From NCBI GenBank assembly GCA_043803685.1, contig JAZDJU010000037.1:169518-233517 (forward strand): a stretch of 64,000 nt of DNA. The letters are read 5' to 3'. Every line of letters begins with the position of its first letter. Position 1 is the first letter of the stretch. Positions 1 through 9,492 of the stretch are shown here, one piece after another. The position numbers and the translations under genes were made by a program. This DNA comes from Candidatus Omnitrophota bacterium. GTDB taxonomy: Bacteria > Omnitrophota > Omnitrophia > Omnitrophales > Aquincolibacteriaceae. The notes beneath the pieces are model-generated. The model was not told the origin of the DNA. It ran no database searches and saw nothing but the letters and a program-made list of their open reading frames with translations.

Positions 1-552
1 CGTGGCCCGCGCATTTTTCTCGAACTCGGGCATCGCATGGACCCAGTCTTTCTTGCCAACCCCGGTGTCCAAAACAACGGGCATCCCATGGATCCAGAAC
101 TTTTTTTCTTTTCGCGGCTTCAGATCGACCGGTAAATAATAAGGGGTCTCGATTTTTCCTAAAGACTGCGCCAGATCCTCATCATTCTTGGGATCGGTGG
201 GTTCGGACAGATCGACGTCCAGAATGATGGCCGCCGCCTTCCATTCGCTTAAAAGACGCGCGATGATCGCATGATAACTCCTGGGCCACGGCCAGGCCCC
301 GACTTCTTCGAGAGATGTCCGCGAGATCTCGATCAGAACAATTCCCGGATGCACCTGCCCCCAGGCCACCCGCTTGAGAAAACTATCGCGGAGAAGATCG
401 TCAAAGCGGTCCAGCTTATGAGTGGCCAACAGGAACGCAAAAACTCCGATGATCAGGAAATAGCTTCCGAACCGGATCCAATCCTGAAACCCCCTGGACC
501 GGGTACGCGAAAAAAGCTCCTCGGTCGCTTCAATGGGTTCATGCGGGGTCAT
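1..552 (-). CDS. CHASE2 domain-containing membrane sensor protein (N-terminal part; runs off the window edge)
   Basis: Not in the ORF track. Manual translation from ATG at 552 gives MTPHEPIEAT...YFLIIGVFAFLLA (TM)...GIVLIEISRTSLEEVGAWPWPRSYHAIIARLL...AIILDVDLSEPT...DEDLAQSL, the CHASE2 I-x-I-D/WPWPR/D-x-x-F-S-E pattern. Confidence 0.85.
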   Translation of the reverse strand, partial: MTPHEPIEATEELFSRTRSRGFQDWIRFGSYFLIIGVFAFLLATHKLDRFDDLLRDSFLKRVAWGQVHPGIVLIEISRTSLEEVGAWPWPRSYHAIIARLLSEWKAAAIILDVDLSEPTDPKNDEDLAQSLGKIETPYYLPVDLKPRKEKKFWIHGMPVVLDTGVGKKDWVHAMPEFEKNARAT

Positions 553-662
553 AAGGCGGGAAATTCCCCTGCGGAAGAAAGCTGATATTTGTTACAGATG
601 GACATCATGGAGGAAAATTCTATCGTATTTTCATCCAAAGAGCCAGCAAAGGCCGTGCCTGG

Positions 663-735
663 GTAAGGCGTACAGAGTACGGCGTTGCGGCAAAAATATT
701 TTCGCCGTACGCAACGCGCCTTGCGCCGTACAGCG
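663..735. repeat. Heptamer-built palindrome (GTACGGC-like x3-4, AT-rich loop, GCCGTAC-like x4)
   Basis: gtaaggc gtacaga gtacggc gttgcggc aaaaatatttt c gccgtac gcaacgc gccttgc gccgtac, immediately after the nrdJ stop; related element at 12404-12455. Confidence 0.8.
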
Positions 736-3700
736 TTAGGAGCACCCCATGCTGTTGCCACAATTCAGGCATTTATAACAGGATCCGCTTCGCACGGTGA
801 CGTGCCCGCAGTTCGTGCAAAAAGGAGCGTCGCCCATCATGTTCGAAAGATGTTCATTGGCCCCTGCGGCGGCCAGCGACGTGTTCTTTTTGACCGTACT
901 CACCTGCGGCACCGGGTCCTTCGCGGGAGCGGACACTTCGATCGCCGGAGCCTGCGCGACGACCGAAACCGTCTTTTTATTGACCTGGAGATCTTCCGGC
1001 GCCGGCGGGATCTGGACGAATTCGGTCATCCCGAGATATTCCATACCAAGCACGCGGAAAAGATAATCCACGATCGAGGTAGAGAGCTTGATATTCGGAT
1101 GATCCACAAGTCCCTGCGGCTCAAAACGCGTGAATGTGAAAACATTCACAAATTCCTCGAGCGGCACGCCGTATTGCAGACCCAGAGAAACGGCGATCGC
1201 GAAACAATTCATCATGGAGCGGAACGCGGCGCCTTCCTTGTGCATATCAACAAAGATCTCGCCGATCGACCCGTCCGGATATTCGCCGGTCCGGAGATAG
1301 ATCTTTTGTCCTCCGACGCGGGACTCCACCGTGATCCCCGCGCGTTTTTTGGGAAGACGCCTGCGCTGAAGCGCCGGAGGATGCGCGCTCTGGAGTTCGG
1401 TCTTTTTCTCACTTTTTTTGTCCGAAGCTGAATCTCCGGATTTCGTGTTGAGCGGCTGAGACAGCTTGGAACCATCCCGGTAAAGCGCCACAGCCTTCAG
1501 CCCCATTTTCCAGGCCTCGACATAGATCCTCTCGATCTCCTCAACGGTGCTTTCGTGCGGAAGGTTCACCGTTTTCGAGATGGCCCCGGAAATAAAAGGC
1601 TGCGCCGCTGCCATCATCCGGACGTGCGTCATGGGTTCGATAAAACGTTTACCGTGTTTACCGCACCGGTTCGCGCAGTCAAACACAGGAAGATGTTCCG
1701 CCTTGAGATGCGGCGCACCTTCGACCGTCATCGTGCCACAAACCACGTTATTGGCTTCTTCGATCTCGGTCTTTGAGAATCCAAGCGCTTCGAGGACGTT
1801 GAAACGAAGATGGTTGTAATCTTCCGGCTTGAAGCCGAGCCTTTTAAGCGTATCTTCTCCGAGCGTCCATTTGGTGAAGGCGAAACTCAGATCGAAGACC
1901 GAAGGAAGCATGGCGTCGATCTTGTCCAGTTCAGGGCTTGTAAAACCTTTGGTCCCCAGGGTCGCGCGATTGATCCACGGAGTCCCTTCGAGACGCGAAG
2001 TGCCCTGGATATACTCGATGATGTCCTGGATCTCACTTTCAGAATATCCGAGCTTGTGCAGAGCTGCGGGAACACCCTGATTGATGATCTTGAAATAACC
2101 ACCGCCAGCGAGCTTTTTGAATTTCACGAGCGCAAAATCCGGCTCGATCCCGGTGGTGTCACAATCCATCAGAAGCCCGATCGTCCCGGTCGGAGCGATC
2201 ACAGACACTTGCGCGTTCCGATAGCCATAAAGTTTCCCGATCTCCAGAGCCTCCTCCCAATCCTCGTGTGCCGCCACGAGAATATCCTGCCAGCAATGCT
2301 CCGAAGGGATCTTGTGCGCCGCCGCGCGATGCTTTTCGATCACGCGCATCATGGAGCTCGTATTCCTGGGATAATCGGAGAACGGACTCTTCGAGGCCGC
2401 GATCTCGGCGGAAGTCCTGTACGCGTGTCCGGTCAAAACGGCCGTGAGCGCACTGCAGATCGCAGAAGCCTGCGGACTGTCGTACGGGATTCCGCTCACC
2501 ATCAGAAGACTTCCGAGATTGGCGTATCCGATTCCAAGAGGCCGGTAGACGTGACTGTTCCCGGCGATCTGTTCCGTTGGATACGAAGCGTAATCCACCA
2601 GGATATCCATGGCCGTAATAAAAACGCGTGTCGTGTGGCGGAACCCCTCGACATCAAAGGTCCCGTCCGGCCGCAAATACTTCATGACATTGATCGAGGC
2701 GAGATTGCATGCCGAGTCATCCAGGAACATATACTCCGAACACGGATTGGAAGCGTGGATGCGGTCGGTGTCAGCACAGGTGTGCCAGTCGTTGATCGTC
2801 GTGTCGAACTGAACACCCGGATCCGCGCACGCCCATGCGGCAAAAGCGATCTGGTCCATCATGTCCTTGGCCTGGAATGTTTCACACACATCCCCGTTCG
2901 TCCGGAAACGCGTCTGCCATTTTCCGTCGCTGAGATAAGCGTGCATGAATTCGTCCGAAATTCTGACCGAATTATTCGAATTCTGTCCGGCAACCGTTTT
3001 ATAGGCTTCTCCATTAAAGTCTGAGGGATACCCAGCAGCGATCAAGGCCGCCACTTTCTTTTCTTCGCGGACTTTCCAGTTAATGAAATCCAGGATCTCA
3101 GGATGATCGAGGTCCAGACACACCATCTTGGCCGCCCGGCGCGTCGTCCCTCCGGATTTTGTCGCGCCCGCCCCGCGATCCAGAACTTCCAGGAACGACA
3201 TGAGCCCCGAAGAAGTGCCGCCACTCGAAAGTTTTTCCTGCCGGCCACGAAGTTTTGAGAAATTCGTCCCGGTCCCGGAACCATATTTGAAAAGGCGCGC
3301 TTCGTTCTTGAGCAGATCGAAAATGGACATCAGATTATCATCCACGGACTGGATGAAACAGGCCGAACATTGCGGATTCGAATAAGAATCCGTAGATTCC
3401 AGGATCGTGTCCGTCGCAGAATCCCAATGGAAGTTGCCGCCACTCCCCTTGATCCCGTAAAGATCCATCCCGCAATTGAACCATACCGGAGAATTAAAGG
3501 CGCACTTTTGATGGATCAGCAAATGAAGCATTTCTTCTTCAAAAACCTGGGCATCCGCCGGGGTCTTGAAATAGCCGCCGAGTTTTTCTCCCGCGACGCG
3601 GATCGAATGAGCGATGCGATAGACCACTTGCCGCGCGCTGACCTCGGTACCCGTTTCAGGAACACCTGCCTTCCGGAAATATTTGGAAACAATGATGTCG

Positions 3701-3909
3701 GTCGCCAGTTGGCTCCAGCTTTCAGGAACTTCCACATTTTCCATTTTAAAAACCACGGACCCATCGGGATTGGTAATAACGGAGGTGCGTTTGGCGTACT
3801 TGATCTCATCCAGCGGGGATACTCCGGCCTTCGTAAAAAACCTTCCGAATACAAGCCCTTGGCCTAGACTTTGTCCTTCCCGCAGGGATGGCAACTTTTC
3901 TGTTTTCAT
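736..3909 (-). CDS. nrdJ: Vitamin B12-dependent (class II) ribonucleotide reductase with C-terminal TSCPD and Zn-ribbon
   Basis: 1057 aa; FNSPVWFN, QCSACFI, SNPCSEY catalytic motif, IAPTGTIG, GAISKTVN, YRDGSK, C-terminal CxxC...CxxC..GCS. Confidence 0.96.
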   Translation of the reverse strand: MKTEKLPSLREGQSLGQGLVFGRFFTKAGVSPLDEIKYAKRTSVITNPDGSVVFKMENVEVPESWSQLATDIIVSKYFRKAGVPETGTEVSARQVVYRIAHSIRVAGEKLGGYFKTPADAQVFEEEMLHLLIHQKCAFNSPVWFNCGMDLYGIKGSGGNFHWDSATDTILESTDSYSNPQCSACFIQSVDDNLMSIFDLLKNEARLFKYGSGTGTNFSKLRGRQEKLSSGGTSSGLMSFLEVLDRGAGATKSGGTTRRAAKMVCLDLDHPEILDFINWKVREEKKVAALIAAGYPSDFNGEAYKTVAGQNSNNSVRISDEFMHAYLSDGKWQTRFRTNGDVCETFQAKDMMDQIAFAAWACADPGVQFDTTINDWHTCADTDRIHASNPCSEYMFLDDSACNLASINVMKYLRPDGTFDVEGFRHTTRVFITAMDILVDYASYPTEQIAGNSHVYRPLGIGYANLGSLLMVSGIPYDSPQASAICSALTAVLTGHAYRTSAEIAASKSPFSDYPRNTSSMMRVIEKHRAAAHKIPSEHCWQDILVAAHEDWEEALEIGKLYGYRNAQVSVIAPTGTIGLLMDCDTTGIEPDFALVKFKKLAGGGYFKIINQGVPAALHKLGYSESEIQDIIEYIQGTSRLEGTPWINRATLGTKGFTSPELDKIDAMLPSVFDLSFAFTKWTLGEDTLKRLGFKPEDYNHLRFNVLEALGFSKTEIEEANNVVCGTMTVEGAPHLKAEHLPVFDCANRCGKHGKRFIEPMTHVRMMAAAQPFISGAISKTVNLPHESTVEEIERIYVEAWKMGLKAVALYRDGSKLSQPLNTKSGDSASDKKSEKKTELQSAHPPALQRRRLPKKRAGITVESRVGGQKIYLRTGEYPDGSIGEIFVDMHKEGAAFRSMMNCFAIAVSLGLQYGVPLEEFVNVFTFTRFEPQGLVDHPNIKLSTSIVDYLFRVLGMEYLGMTEFVQIPPAPEDLQVNKKTVSVVAQAPAIEVSAPAKDPVPQVSTVKKNTSLAAAGANEHLSNMMGDAPFCTNCGHVTVRSGSCYKCLNCGNSMGCS

Positions 3910-3952
3910 AGATCTTTGCTTCTCCTTAAACTTTTTAAAAGCTTATTAAACA

Positions 3953-3999
3953 ATACTAGGTATGGTGCTTTCTGAAAGAGATGACACTATATGTAGTGA
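3953..3999. promoter_or_regulatory. Tandem NrdR boxes
   Basis: ATACTAGGTATGGTGC (3953-3968) and ACACTATATGTAGTGA (3984-3999) match consensus acaCwAtATaTwGtgt, start 31 bp apart, directly upstream of nrdJ. Confidence 0.85.
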
Positions 4000-4266
4000 C
4001 GAGTTTGAATTTTATGGCAGGCAAGCTTTTGATACTGGGATCCTCTCGCGCGATGGAATCTCTGTTTCCCGGCTCTCTCATTTGACCGTTACAACTCACA
4101 TCATCAACGGTGCGACTTGCCGGAGTCTGAAACAAAAGAAATTATTTCAAATCTTTTTTAAAAATTTTCGTCTGATCTTTAATTTTGCGGTCAGCGAATG
4201 GGATTCTAACAAAGAAATTTTTGAAGTCAAACGCTTATTCGAATTTTTTTTAGAATTTTTTTGATT

Positions 4267-5658
4267 TTATTTGCCAATGCAGAATTCCGCGAAGATCACG
4301 TCCAAAAGATCCTCGGAATAAACCTCTCCGGTCAATTCTTTCATGGATTCCAAGGCGGCGCGAAGGTCCGGCGTCACGCATTCCAACGACATCTCCGTTT
4401 GAAATGAACGCTCCGCGCGCTGCAGTGACTCCAGGGAGATCTCTAACGCCTTTTTATGACGAAGCTTCGTGATCTGTTCCCCGATCTCGGAAGTGCCGCA
4501 TTCCAAACAGCCCGCGATCGTTTCTTCAAGCACCTCAAACCCTTCGCGCGTCTTTGCGGAGAGCTTGATGCAGGGCCGGCCCCCCAAAAGAACCGCCATC
4601 TCCTCGGCTCCCACCTTCGAGGAAAGATCGGACTTGTTCACAAGCGCGATCACCGGCTTGTTTTGAGGGATTTGTCGCAGAATATGGCGATCGACCGTCT
4701 CGAGAGGCGCGGAACCATCGATCACATAAAGCACGACATGACTTTCTTGCAACGTTCCAAGCGTACGATCCATGCCCATTTGATCCAGGGGATTTCCAGG
4801 CGCGGACGTCAACCCCGCCGTGTCCCGAAGCCGGACATAAAAACCGCGGATCTCAAGAGCTTCTTCCAAATGATCGCGCGTCGTGTGTGGAAGATCAGAA
4901 ACAAGCGCGCGGTCACGCTCAAGCAGCGCGTTAAAAAGCGAGGACTTCCCGACATTAGGTTTTCCCGCGAGCGTCACGAGCAGTCCTTCGCGGATCAACT
5001 GATTGCGCTCAAAGCCCGTAATGAGCGACCGGATCTTCGCTTGAACGTTCGCGAATTGCTCCCGGAAGCTCGCTTTCGTCTGAGCTTCAAGATCTTCCTC
5101 CGGGAAATCAAGATGCGCTTCCATGTGGGCCAAAAGCCGCACTAGAGCATCTTTTAATTCTTTAAGCGTACGGGAAAGAGATCCGGAGAGTTGACGAATG
5201 GCGACATCCAGTGACCGTTCGCTTCTGGCATGGATCAGATCCAGCACCGCCTCAGCCTGCGTCAGATCGAGTTTTCCATTCAGGAAAGCGCGGCGTGTGA
5301 ATTCTCCGGGCTCCGCGTGGCGAACGCCTTTCCCGAGAAAAACTCCCAGGATCTTTCGGGTGACCGCAAGCCCGCCGTGACAGCTGATCTCGATCACGTC
5401 CTGTCCGGTATAGGACCGCGGAGCGCGAAAACAACTCACAAGCACCTGATCCACAAGATGTCCGGAGGGATCGGTGAATTTTCCCCAACGGATCGTGTTA
5501 GCGGGCATCTCTTTCAAGGTTCCGCGTTCTGAAGAAACAAAGAACGGCTCGACCGCTTCCATCGCCCCGGGACCGCTCACGCGGATCACCGCAAGCCCGC
5601 CTTCTCCGGCCGGTGTTGCAACCGCCGCGATCGTGTCATCTAATTCGAATTTAGACAT
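4267..5658 (-). CDS. mnmE: tRNA uridine-5-carboxymethylaminomethyl(34) synthesis GTPase
   Basis: DTIAAVATP, SYTGQDVIEISCHGG, AEPGEFTRRAFLNGKLDLTQAE, GKPNVGKSS, DTAG, NKSD, C-terminal FCIGK. Confidence 0.97.
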   Translation of the reverse strand: MSKFELDDTIAAVATPAGEGGLAVIRVSGPGAMEAVEPFFVSSERGTLKEMPANTIRWGKFTDPSGHLVDQVLVSCFRAPRSYTGQDVIEISCHGGLAVTRKILGVFLGKGVRHAEPGEFTRRAFLNGKLDLTQAEAVLDLIHARSERSLDVAIRQLSGSLSRTLKELKDALVRLLAHMEAHLDFPEEDLEAQTKASFREQFANVQAKIRSLITGFERNQLIREGLLVTLAGKPNVGKSSLFNALLERDRALVSDLPHTTRDHLEEALEIRGFYVRLRDTAGLTSAPGNPLDQMGMDRTLGTLQESHVVLYVIDGSAPLETVDRHILRQIPQNKPVIALVNKSDLSSKVGAEEMAVLLGGRPCIKLSAKTREGFEVLEETIAGCLECGTSEIGEQITKLRHKKALEISLESLQRAERSFQTEMSLECVTPDLRAALESMKELTGEVYSEDLLDVIFAEFCIGK

Positions 5659-5673
5659 ATTTTAAAAACCGTA

Positions 5674-5733
5674 CCACACACCACGAACCACGGGCAATGT
5701 AAAAGCGTGGCTCGTGGCCCTTGGACCGTGGCC
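5674..5733. repeat. Heptamer-built palindrome (CCACGnn / nnCGTGG)
   Basis: ccacaca ccacgaa ccacggg caatgtaaaag cgtggct cgtggcc cttggac cgtggcc fills the folC-mnmE spacer. Confidence 0.85.
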
Positions 5734-6978
5734 CTATTTTAGAATTTTCCTCGCTTCCCCGACTAAATAGAATGATCCGGTGATAACAGCGGTCTCTTTC
5801 GCCGCCGCAGATCTCTTTAAAAGCCCCAAAGCCTCTTCTATATCATGAGCCGTGAGAATACAATTAAAAAGCCCCTTGGCTTCCTCGACCAGCATGGCCG
5901 CGGACTTCGCTCGATTCCCCGCGATCTCCGTCAGGATCACTTTCGAGAAAAATCCGCTCAATATCTTCAGCATCCCTTGGCTGTTTTTATCACGCATTGC
6001 GCCAAAGACAAGCCAGGGATCCCGGATCTTCATGGCCTTCAAAGAACTTATCAGCTCTTTTACGGAAAGGGGATTATGCGCGCCGTCCAGGATCAATCGG
6101 CTGCCGCCCCGGTAAAAACTTTCCATCCTCCCTTGCCAGTTCCGACATTGTAACCCTTTTCCAGAACGCTCAGGATCGATCGGAAAGTGAAACCGTTTCG
6201 CCAGGATCTCCGCGGCTTTCAGCGCGGTTCCGGCATTCATCTTTTGAAAATTTCCGGCAAGTCCGAGCGGAAGACCGGAAACAGGTTTTGCCGTCCACAA
6301 GGATCCCCGGTTCGCTCTCACGGCACGGCGGATCACTTCGAACGCTTCCGGGAATTGTTTCCCGGTCACTACATGGGTTTGTGGTTTGATGATCCCGGCT
6401 TTTTCGGCGGCGATCTTGGCAATCGTGTTTCCCAGGAACGCCTCATGATCGAGATGGATCGGCGTCAGGATCACAAGCGACGCCTTCAGAACATTGGTCG
6501 CATCAAGCCGCCCGCCAAGCCCGATCTCGAAGATCCCGACCGCCACACCCCTTTGCGCGAAGACCCAGATCGCAAGAAAAGTCAGGATCTCAAAATAAGT
6601 CAGAATGCCGAGCCGTTCCGGGACGGAATTCTTCCGAAGAAGTTTTTGGATCCAAGAAAGACCTTCTGCCCAGACCTTGGGCGAAGTCATAGCCCCGCGG
6701 ACGCGGATACGTTCCCGAGGATCCTCGACATGTGGCGAATGATAGTAGCCGGTCGAAATCCCGTTGGCCTCGAGGATCGACTCGAGGAAAAATCCCGTGG
6801 AGCCTTTGCCCGTGGTTCCGGCGATCAGAACAGGGAAAAACTTTTTCTCCGGATGCCCGCCGATCCGAAGCAGATGCTCCATCCGCTTGAGATTGAAAAA
6901 GGAGTTCTTCGGAAATTGCGCGAGTTTTTCGAGATCGGTGAACGTATTGAGATAACGAAGGGCTTGGGAATAGTTCAT
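5734..6978 (-). CDS. folC: Bifunctional folylpolyglutamate synthase/dihydrofolate synthase
   Basis: IAGTTGKGST, SPHV...ERI, TYFE, EIGLGGRLDATNV, DH, EKAGIIK, DGAHNP, TGSFYLVGE. Start set at MNYSQ (6978) because the upstream extension is repeat sequence. Confidence 0.95.
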   Translation of the reverse strand: MNYSQALRYLNTFTDLEKLAQFPKNSFFNLKRMEHLLRIGGHPEKKFFPVLIAGTTGKGSTGFFLESILEANGISTGYYHSPHVEDPRERIRVRGAMTSPKVWAEGLSWIQKLLRKNSVPERLGILTYFEILTFLAIWVFAQRGVAVGIFEIGLGGRLDATNVLKASLVILTPIHLDHEAFLGNTIAKIAAEKAGIIKPQTHVVTGKQFPEAFEVIRRAVRANRGSLWTAKPVSGLPLGLAGNFQKMNAGTALKAAEILAKRFHFPIDPERSGKGLQCRNWQGRMESFYRGGSRLILDGAHNPLSVKELISSLKAMKIRDPWLVFGAMRDKNSQGMLKILSGFFSKVILTEIAGNRAKSAAMLVEEAKGLFNCILTAHDIEEALGLLKRSAAAKETAVITGSFYLVGEARKILK

Positions 6979-6990
6979 GGGTAAGCCGTA

Positions 6991-7051
6991 CCACGCACCA
7001 CGATCCACGGGCCACGTAAAAACGTGGCTCGTGGCCCTTGGCTCGTGGCCC
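6991..7051. repeat. Heptamer-built palindrome (CCACGnn x4 / CGTGGnn x4)
   Basis: ccacgca ccacgat ccacggg ccacgta aaaa cgtggct cgtggcc cttggct cgtggcc fills the purH-folC spacer. Confidence 0.85.
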
Positions 7052-7053
7052 TC

Positions 7054-8631
7054 TTAGTGTTTAAAATGCCGCTCGCCGGTGAAGGCCATGGCGATACCCG
7101 CCTGGTCGCACGCCGCGATCACGTCCGCGTCACGGATCGAACCGCCCGGCTGAATGATGGCCTTGATCTTATGCTTGGCCGCGAACTCGATCGAGTCCGG
7201 CATTGGAAAGAACGCGTCGCTTCCGAGCATCGCGCCTTCAGAAAGATACCCGGCCTTTTGCATCGCGATCTGCACCGAATCCACGCGCGACATCTGTCCC
7301 GCTCCGATACCGACCGTGTGCTTGCCTTGCGTCAGCACAATGGCGTTCGACTTCACGACCTTCGAACACTGGAAAGCGAAGATCAGATCCTCAGTCTCCG
7401 CGTCGGAAAGCTTGGCTTTTGTCAAAAATCGGAGTTTCTTTTTGAGCTCTTTGATGTGCTCCTTGATGGGGCGATTCTTTTCCTGCACAAGGATCCCCGT
7501 ACGCAGGAACTTCACGTCATAAAGGTTCTCATCGCGGAACTGATGGACCTCGATCAGCCGGAGGTTCTTCCGGGCCTTGAGAAGCTTGAGCGCCCCGGCC
7601 TTAAAAGACGGCGCGACCAGCACTTCGAAGAACGCGAGTTTTTCAAGGACCTTTTGAGCGATCTTTGCGTCGCAACAACGATTCACTCCGACGATCCCGC
7701 CGAAGGCCGACAGGATGTCGCCCTCGATCGCTTTTTCGACCGCGACCAGCGCTTGCGAGTCCTGCGCGATCCCGCACGGATTGTTGTGCTTGATCACGCA
7801 CGCCGCCGGCGCGTTGAATTCCGCGAGAACGTCCAGCGTCGCGTCCACGTCCATGAGATTATTGAAGGAAAGTTCCTTGCCGTGAAGCTGGGTCCACGAA
7901 GCCTCGGCCTTGTGCGTGGTCGGCACGTAATAAGCGGCCTTCTGATGCGGGTTCTCCCCGTACCGGAGGTCCTGCGCTTTCTTGAAATGGAAAACGAATT
8001 GCGGCGGAAGCACGGCTTCTTCAGTAGACTTTTTCTTGTGTTTGGCCATGTACTGGCTGATCACGGCGTCATAAGCCGAAGTTTTCTCGAAAACTTTTTG
8101 AGAAAGGGCAAAGCGCGTTTCGTCCGTCACGCTTCCTTTGTGCTCATCGAGTTCTTTCGCGACACGTTCATAATCCTGCACGTCCGTGATCACGGTCACG
8201 GCTTCATAATTTTTCGCCGCCGAGCGCAGCATCGAAGGCCCGCCGATATCGATGAACTCTTTGGCCTCGTCCATGCTCAAATTCCCCTTGCTCGTCGCCT
8301 CTTCGAAAGGATAAAGGTTCACGACCACGAGATCGATAGGCTTGATACCGTGCGCCTTGACCTGTTGCTGATGGCTTTTCTTGTGGCGGAGAAAAAGAAG
8401 GCCTCCGTGGATCTTCGGATGGAGGGTCTTCACGCGCCCGTCGAGCATTTCGGGAAATCCAGTGTAATCCTCCACCGCCATCGCCGGAACCTTGGCTTCT
8501 TTGAGAGATTTCAACGTGCCCCCGGTAGAAAGAATTTCCACGCCGTGCTTGCGCAGGGTTTTGGCGAAAGGGATTAGGCCGGTTTTATCGGAAACGCTAA
8601 TGAGCGCGCGGCGAACGGTATGACGTGACAT
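7054..8631 (-). CDS. purH: Bifunctional AICAR transformylase/IMP cyclohydrolase
   Basis: RALISVSDKTG, STGGT, GRVKTLHP, IDIGGP, LRYGENPHQ, KHNNPCG, GAGQMSRVD, SDAFFP, TGERHFKH. Confidence 0.97.
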   Translation of the reverse strand: MSRHTVRRALISVSDKTGLIPFAKTLRKHGVEILSTGGTLKSLKEAKVPAMAVEDYTGFPEMLDGRVKTLHPKIHGGLLFLRHKKSHQQQVKAHGIKPIDLVVVNLYPFEEATSKGNLSMDEAKEFIDIGGPSMLRSAAKNYEAVTVITDVQDYERVAKELDEHKGSVTDETRFALSQKVFEKTSAYDAVISQYMAKHKKKSTEEAVLPPQFVFHFKKAQDLRYGENPHQKAAYYVPTTHKAEASWTQLHGKELSFNNLMDVDATLDVLAEFNAPAACVIKHNNPCGIAQDSQALVAVEKAIEGDILSAFGGIVGVNRCCDAKIAQKVLEKLAFFEVLVAPSFKAGALKLLKARKNLRLIEVHQFRDENLYDVKFLRTGILVQEKNRPIKEHIKELKKKLRFLTKAKLSDAETEDLIFAFQCSKVVKSNAIVLTQGKHTVGIGAGQMSRVDSVQIAMQKAGYLSEGAMLGSDAFFPMPDSIEFAAKHKIKAIIQPGGSIRDADVIAACDQAGIAMAFTGERHFKH

Positions 8632-9484
8632 CGTGTTGGATCCTCCTTTTAAAAAAACGGTGCAGTTTTAACGTAACAGGACCGGGTTTTCCGTTGCCGA
8701 TCGCGCGACCGTCAAGCTCGCGAACCGGTAGAACTTCCCAGGAAGTATTGCAAAGAAAAGCTTCATCCGCGTTGAAAAATTCGTGCCGGGTGAGCGGGAC
8801 TTCCCGGACCTTCATCCCGAGCGCGAGGGCGCAGTTTATCACAATCTTCCGGGTCACTCCATTCAAGATTAGGTGTTCCGGTGGTGTCAGAAGGATCGCT
8901 TCACCCCTTTTCACACCCCGGGGGTGTACCGTTTCACACCTCCGGGGTGCGGAACGGTATTTTACGATGAAAAAGTTCCCGACCCGGGTTTCTGTGAGCC
9001 CGCCTCCCTGCTCCAGAAAGATCCACTCATAGATCTTGTCCGGATGCGGCTCGGTCGTAGCCAGGATCGCCTGCTGATAGACCGACGCTTTGGCCTGCCA
9101 GGGAAAGGTGTTCGGCCCTCCGCGCGGAAAAGAGGCCATCTTGAGCGCCACACCCTTTTCGTAAAGCTCTTTCGAGTGCTCTCGTGAACCGAGGATCACG
9201 AAAGTGCTTCCCTCCCACAAAGTCAGCCGGACATAACATTCTCTTTCGCCGGAAGCCTTGAACGCCGCTCTCATTTCCCGTCGAAGTTTCGCGGCATCCG
9301 GAAAGGGCTTGTAGCCCACGGTCCTTGCGGACTCCAAAAGCCGGGAAAGATGTTCTTCCACGTGAAGGACTTTGCCGCCATAAGCGCGCATGCTTTCAAA
9401 AATACCAACAGCCTCCGTTCGCATGAGCGCGAACGGCATCTTTCCTGTCACTTCTTTTCCGTCTTGATAGATCTTGTAGTTCAT
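8597..9484 (-). CDS. pabC: Class IV PLP aminotransferase (aminodeoxychorismate lyase/IlvE-like)
   Basis: GIFESMR, HLSRL, E...NFFIVK, LTPP..ILNGVTR, ADEAFLCNT, GKPGPVT; follows pabB. The symbol rests on context. Confidence 0.75.
   Translation of the reverse strand: MNYKIYQDGKEVTGKMPFALMRTEAVGIFESMRAYGGKVLHVEEHLSRLLESARTVGYKPFPDAAKLRREMRAAFKASGERECYVRLTLWEGSTFVILGSREHSKELYEKGVALKMASFPRGGPNTFPWQAKASVYQQAILATTEPHPDKIYEWIFLEQGGGLTETRVGNFFIVKYRSAPRRCETVHPRGVKRGEAILLTPPEHLILNGVTRKIVINCALALGMKVREVPLTRHEFFNADEAFLCNTSWEVLPVRELDGRAIGNGKPGPVTLKLHRFFKRRIQHDVTSYRSPRAH
8909..8950. repeat. Two tandem CACCCC-G-GGGGTG palindromes inside the aminotransferase CDS
   Basis: tttcacaccccgggggtgt (8909-8927) and tttcacacctccggggtgc (8932-8950), 23-bp period, in a loop that is normally only a few residues long. 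Confidence 0.75.
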
Positions 9485-9492
9485 AATTTCGC

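Noticed and set aside
736..3909. Intein in NrdJ
   Set aside because: The length is accounted for by the usual insertion and C-terminal domains; no intein splice motifs were seen.
4000..4140. Cobalamin riboswitch upstream of nrdJ
   Set aside because: Only a partial B12-box-like GAGCCGGGAAAC and some stems are present; the other conserved elements are missing. An Rfam scan would settle it.
7024..8577. Long antisense ORFs (also 1810-3024, 13197-14264, 33232-34707, 38234-39193, 61642-62493)
   Set aside because: Shadow frames opposite well-conserved genes, with no recognisable motifs; expected from codon bias.
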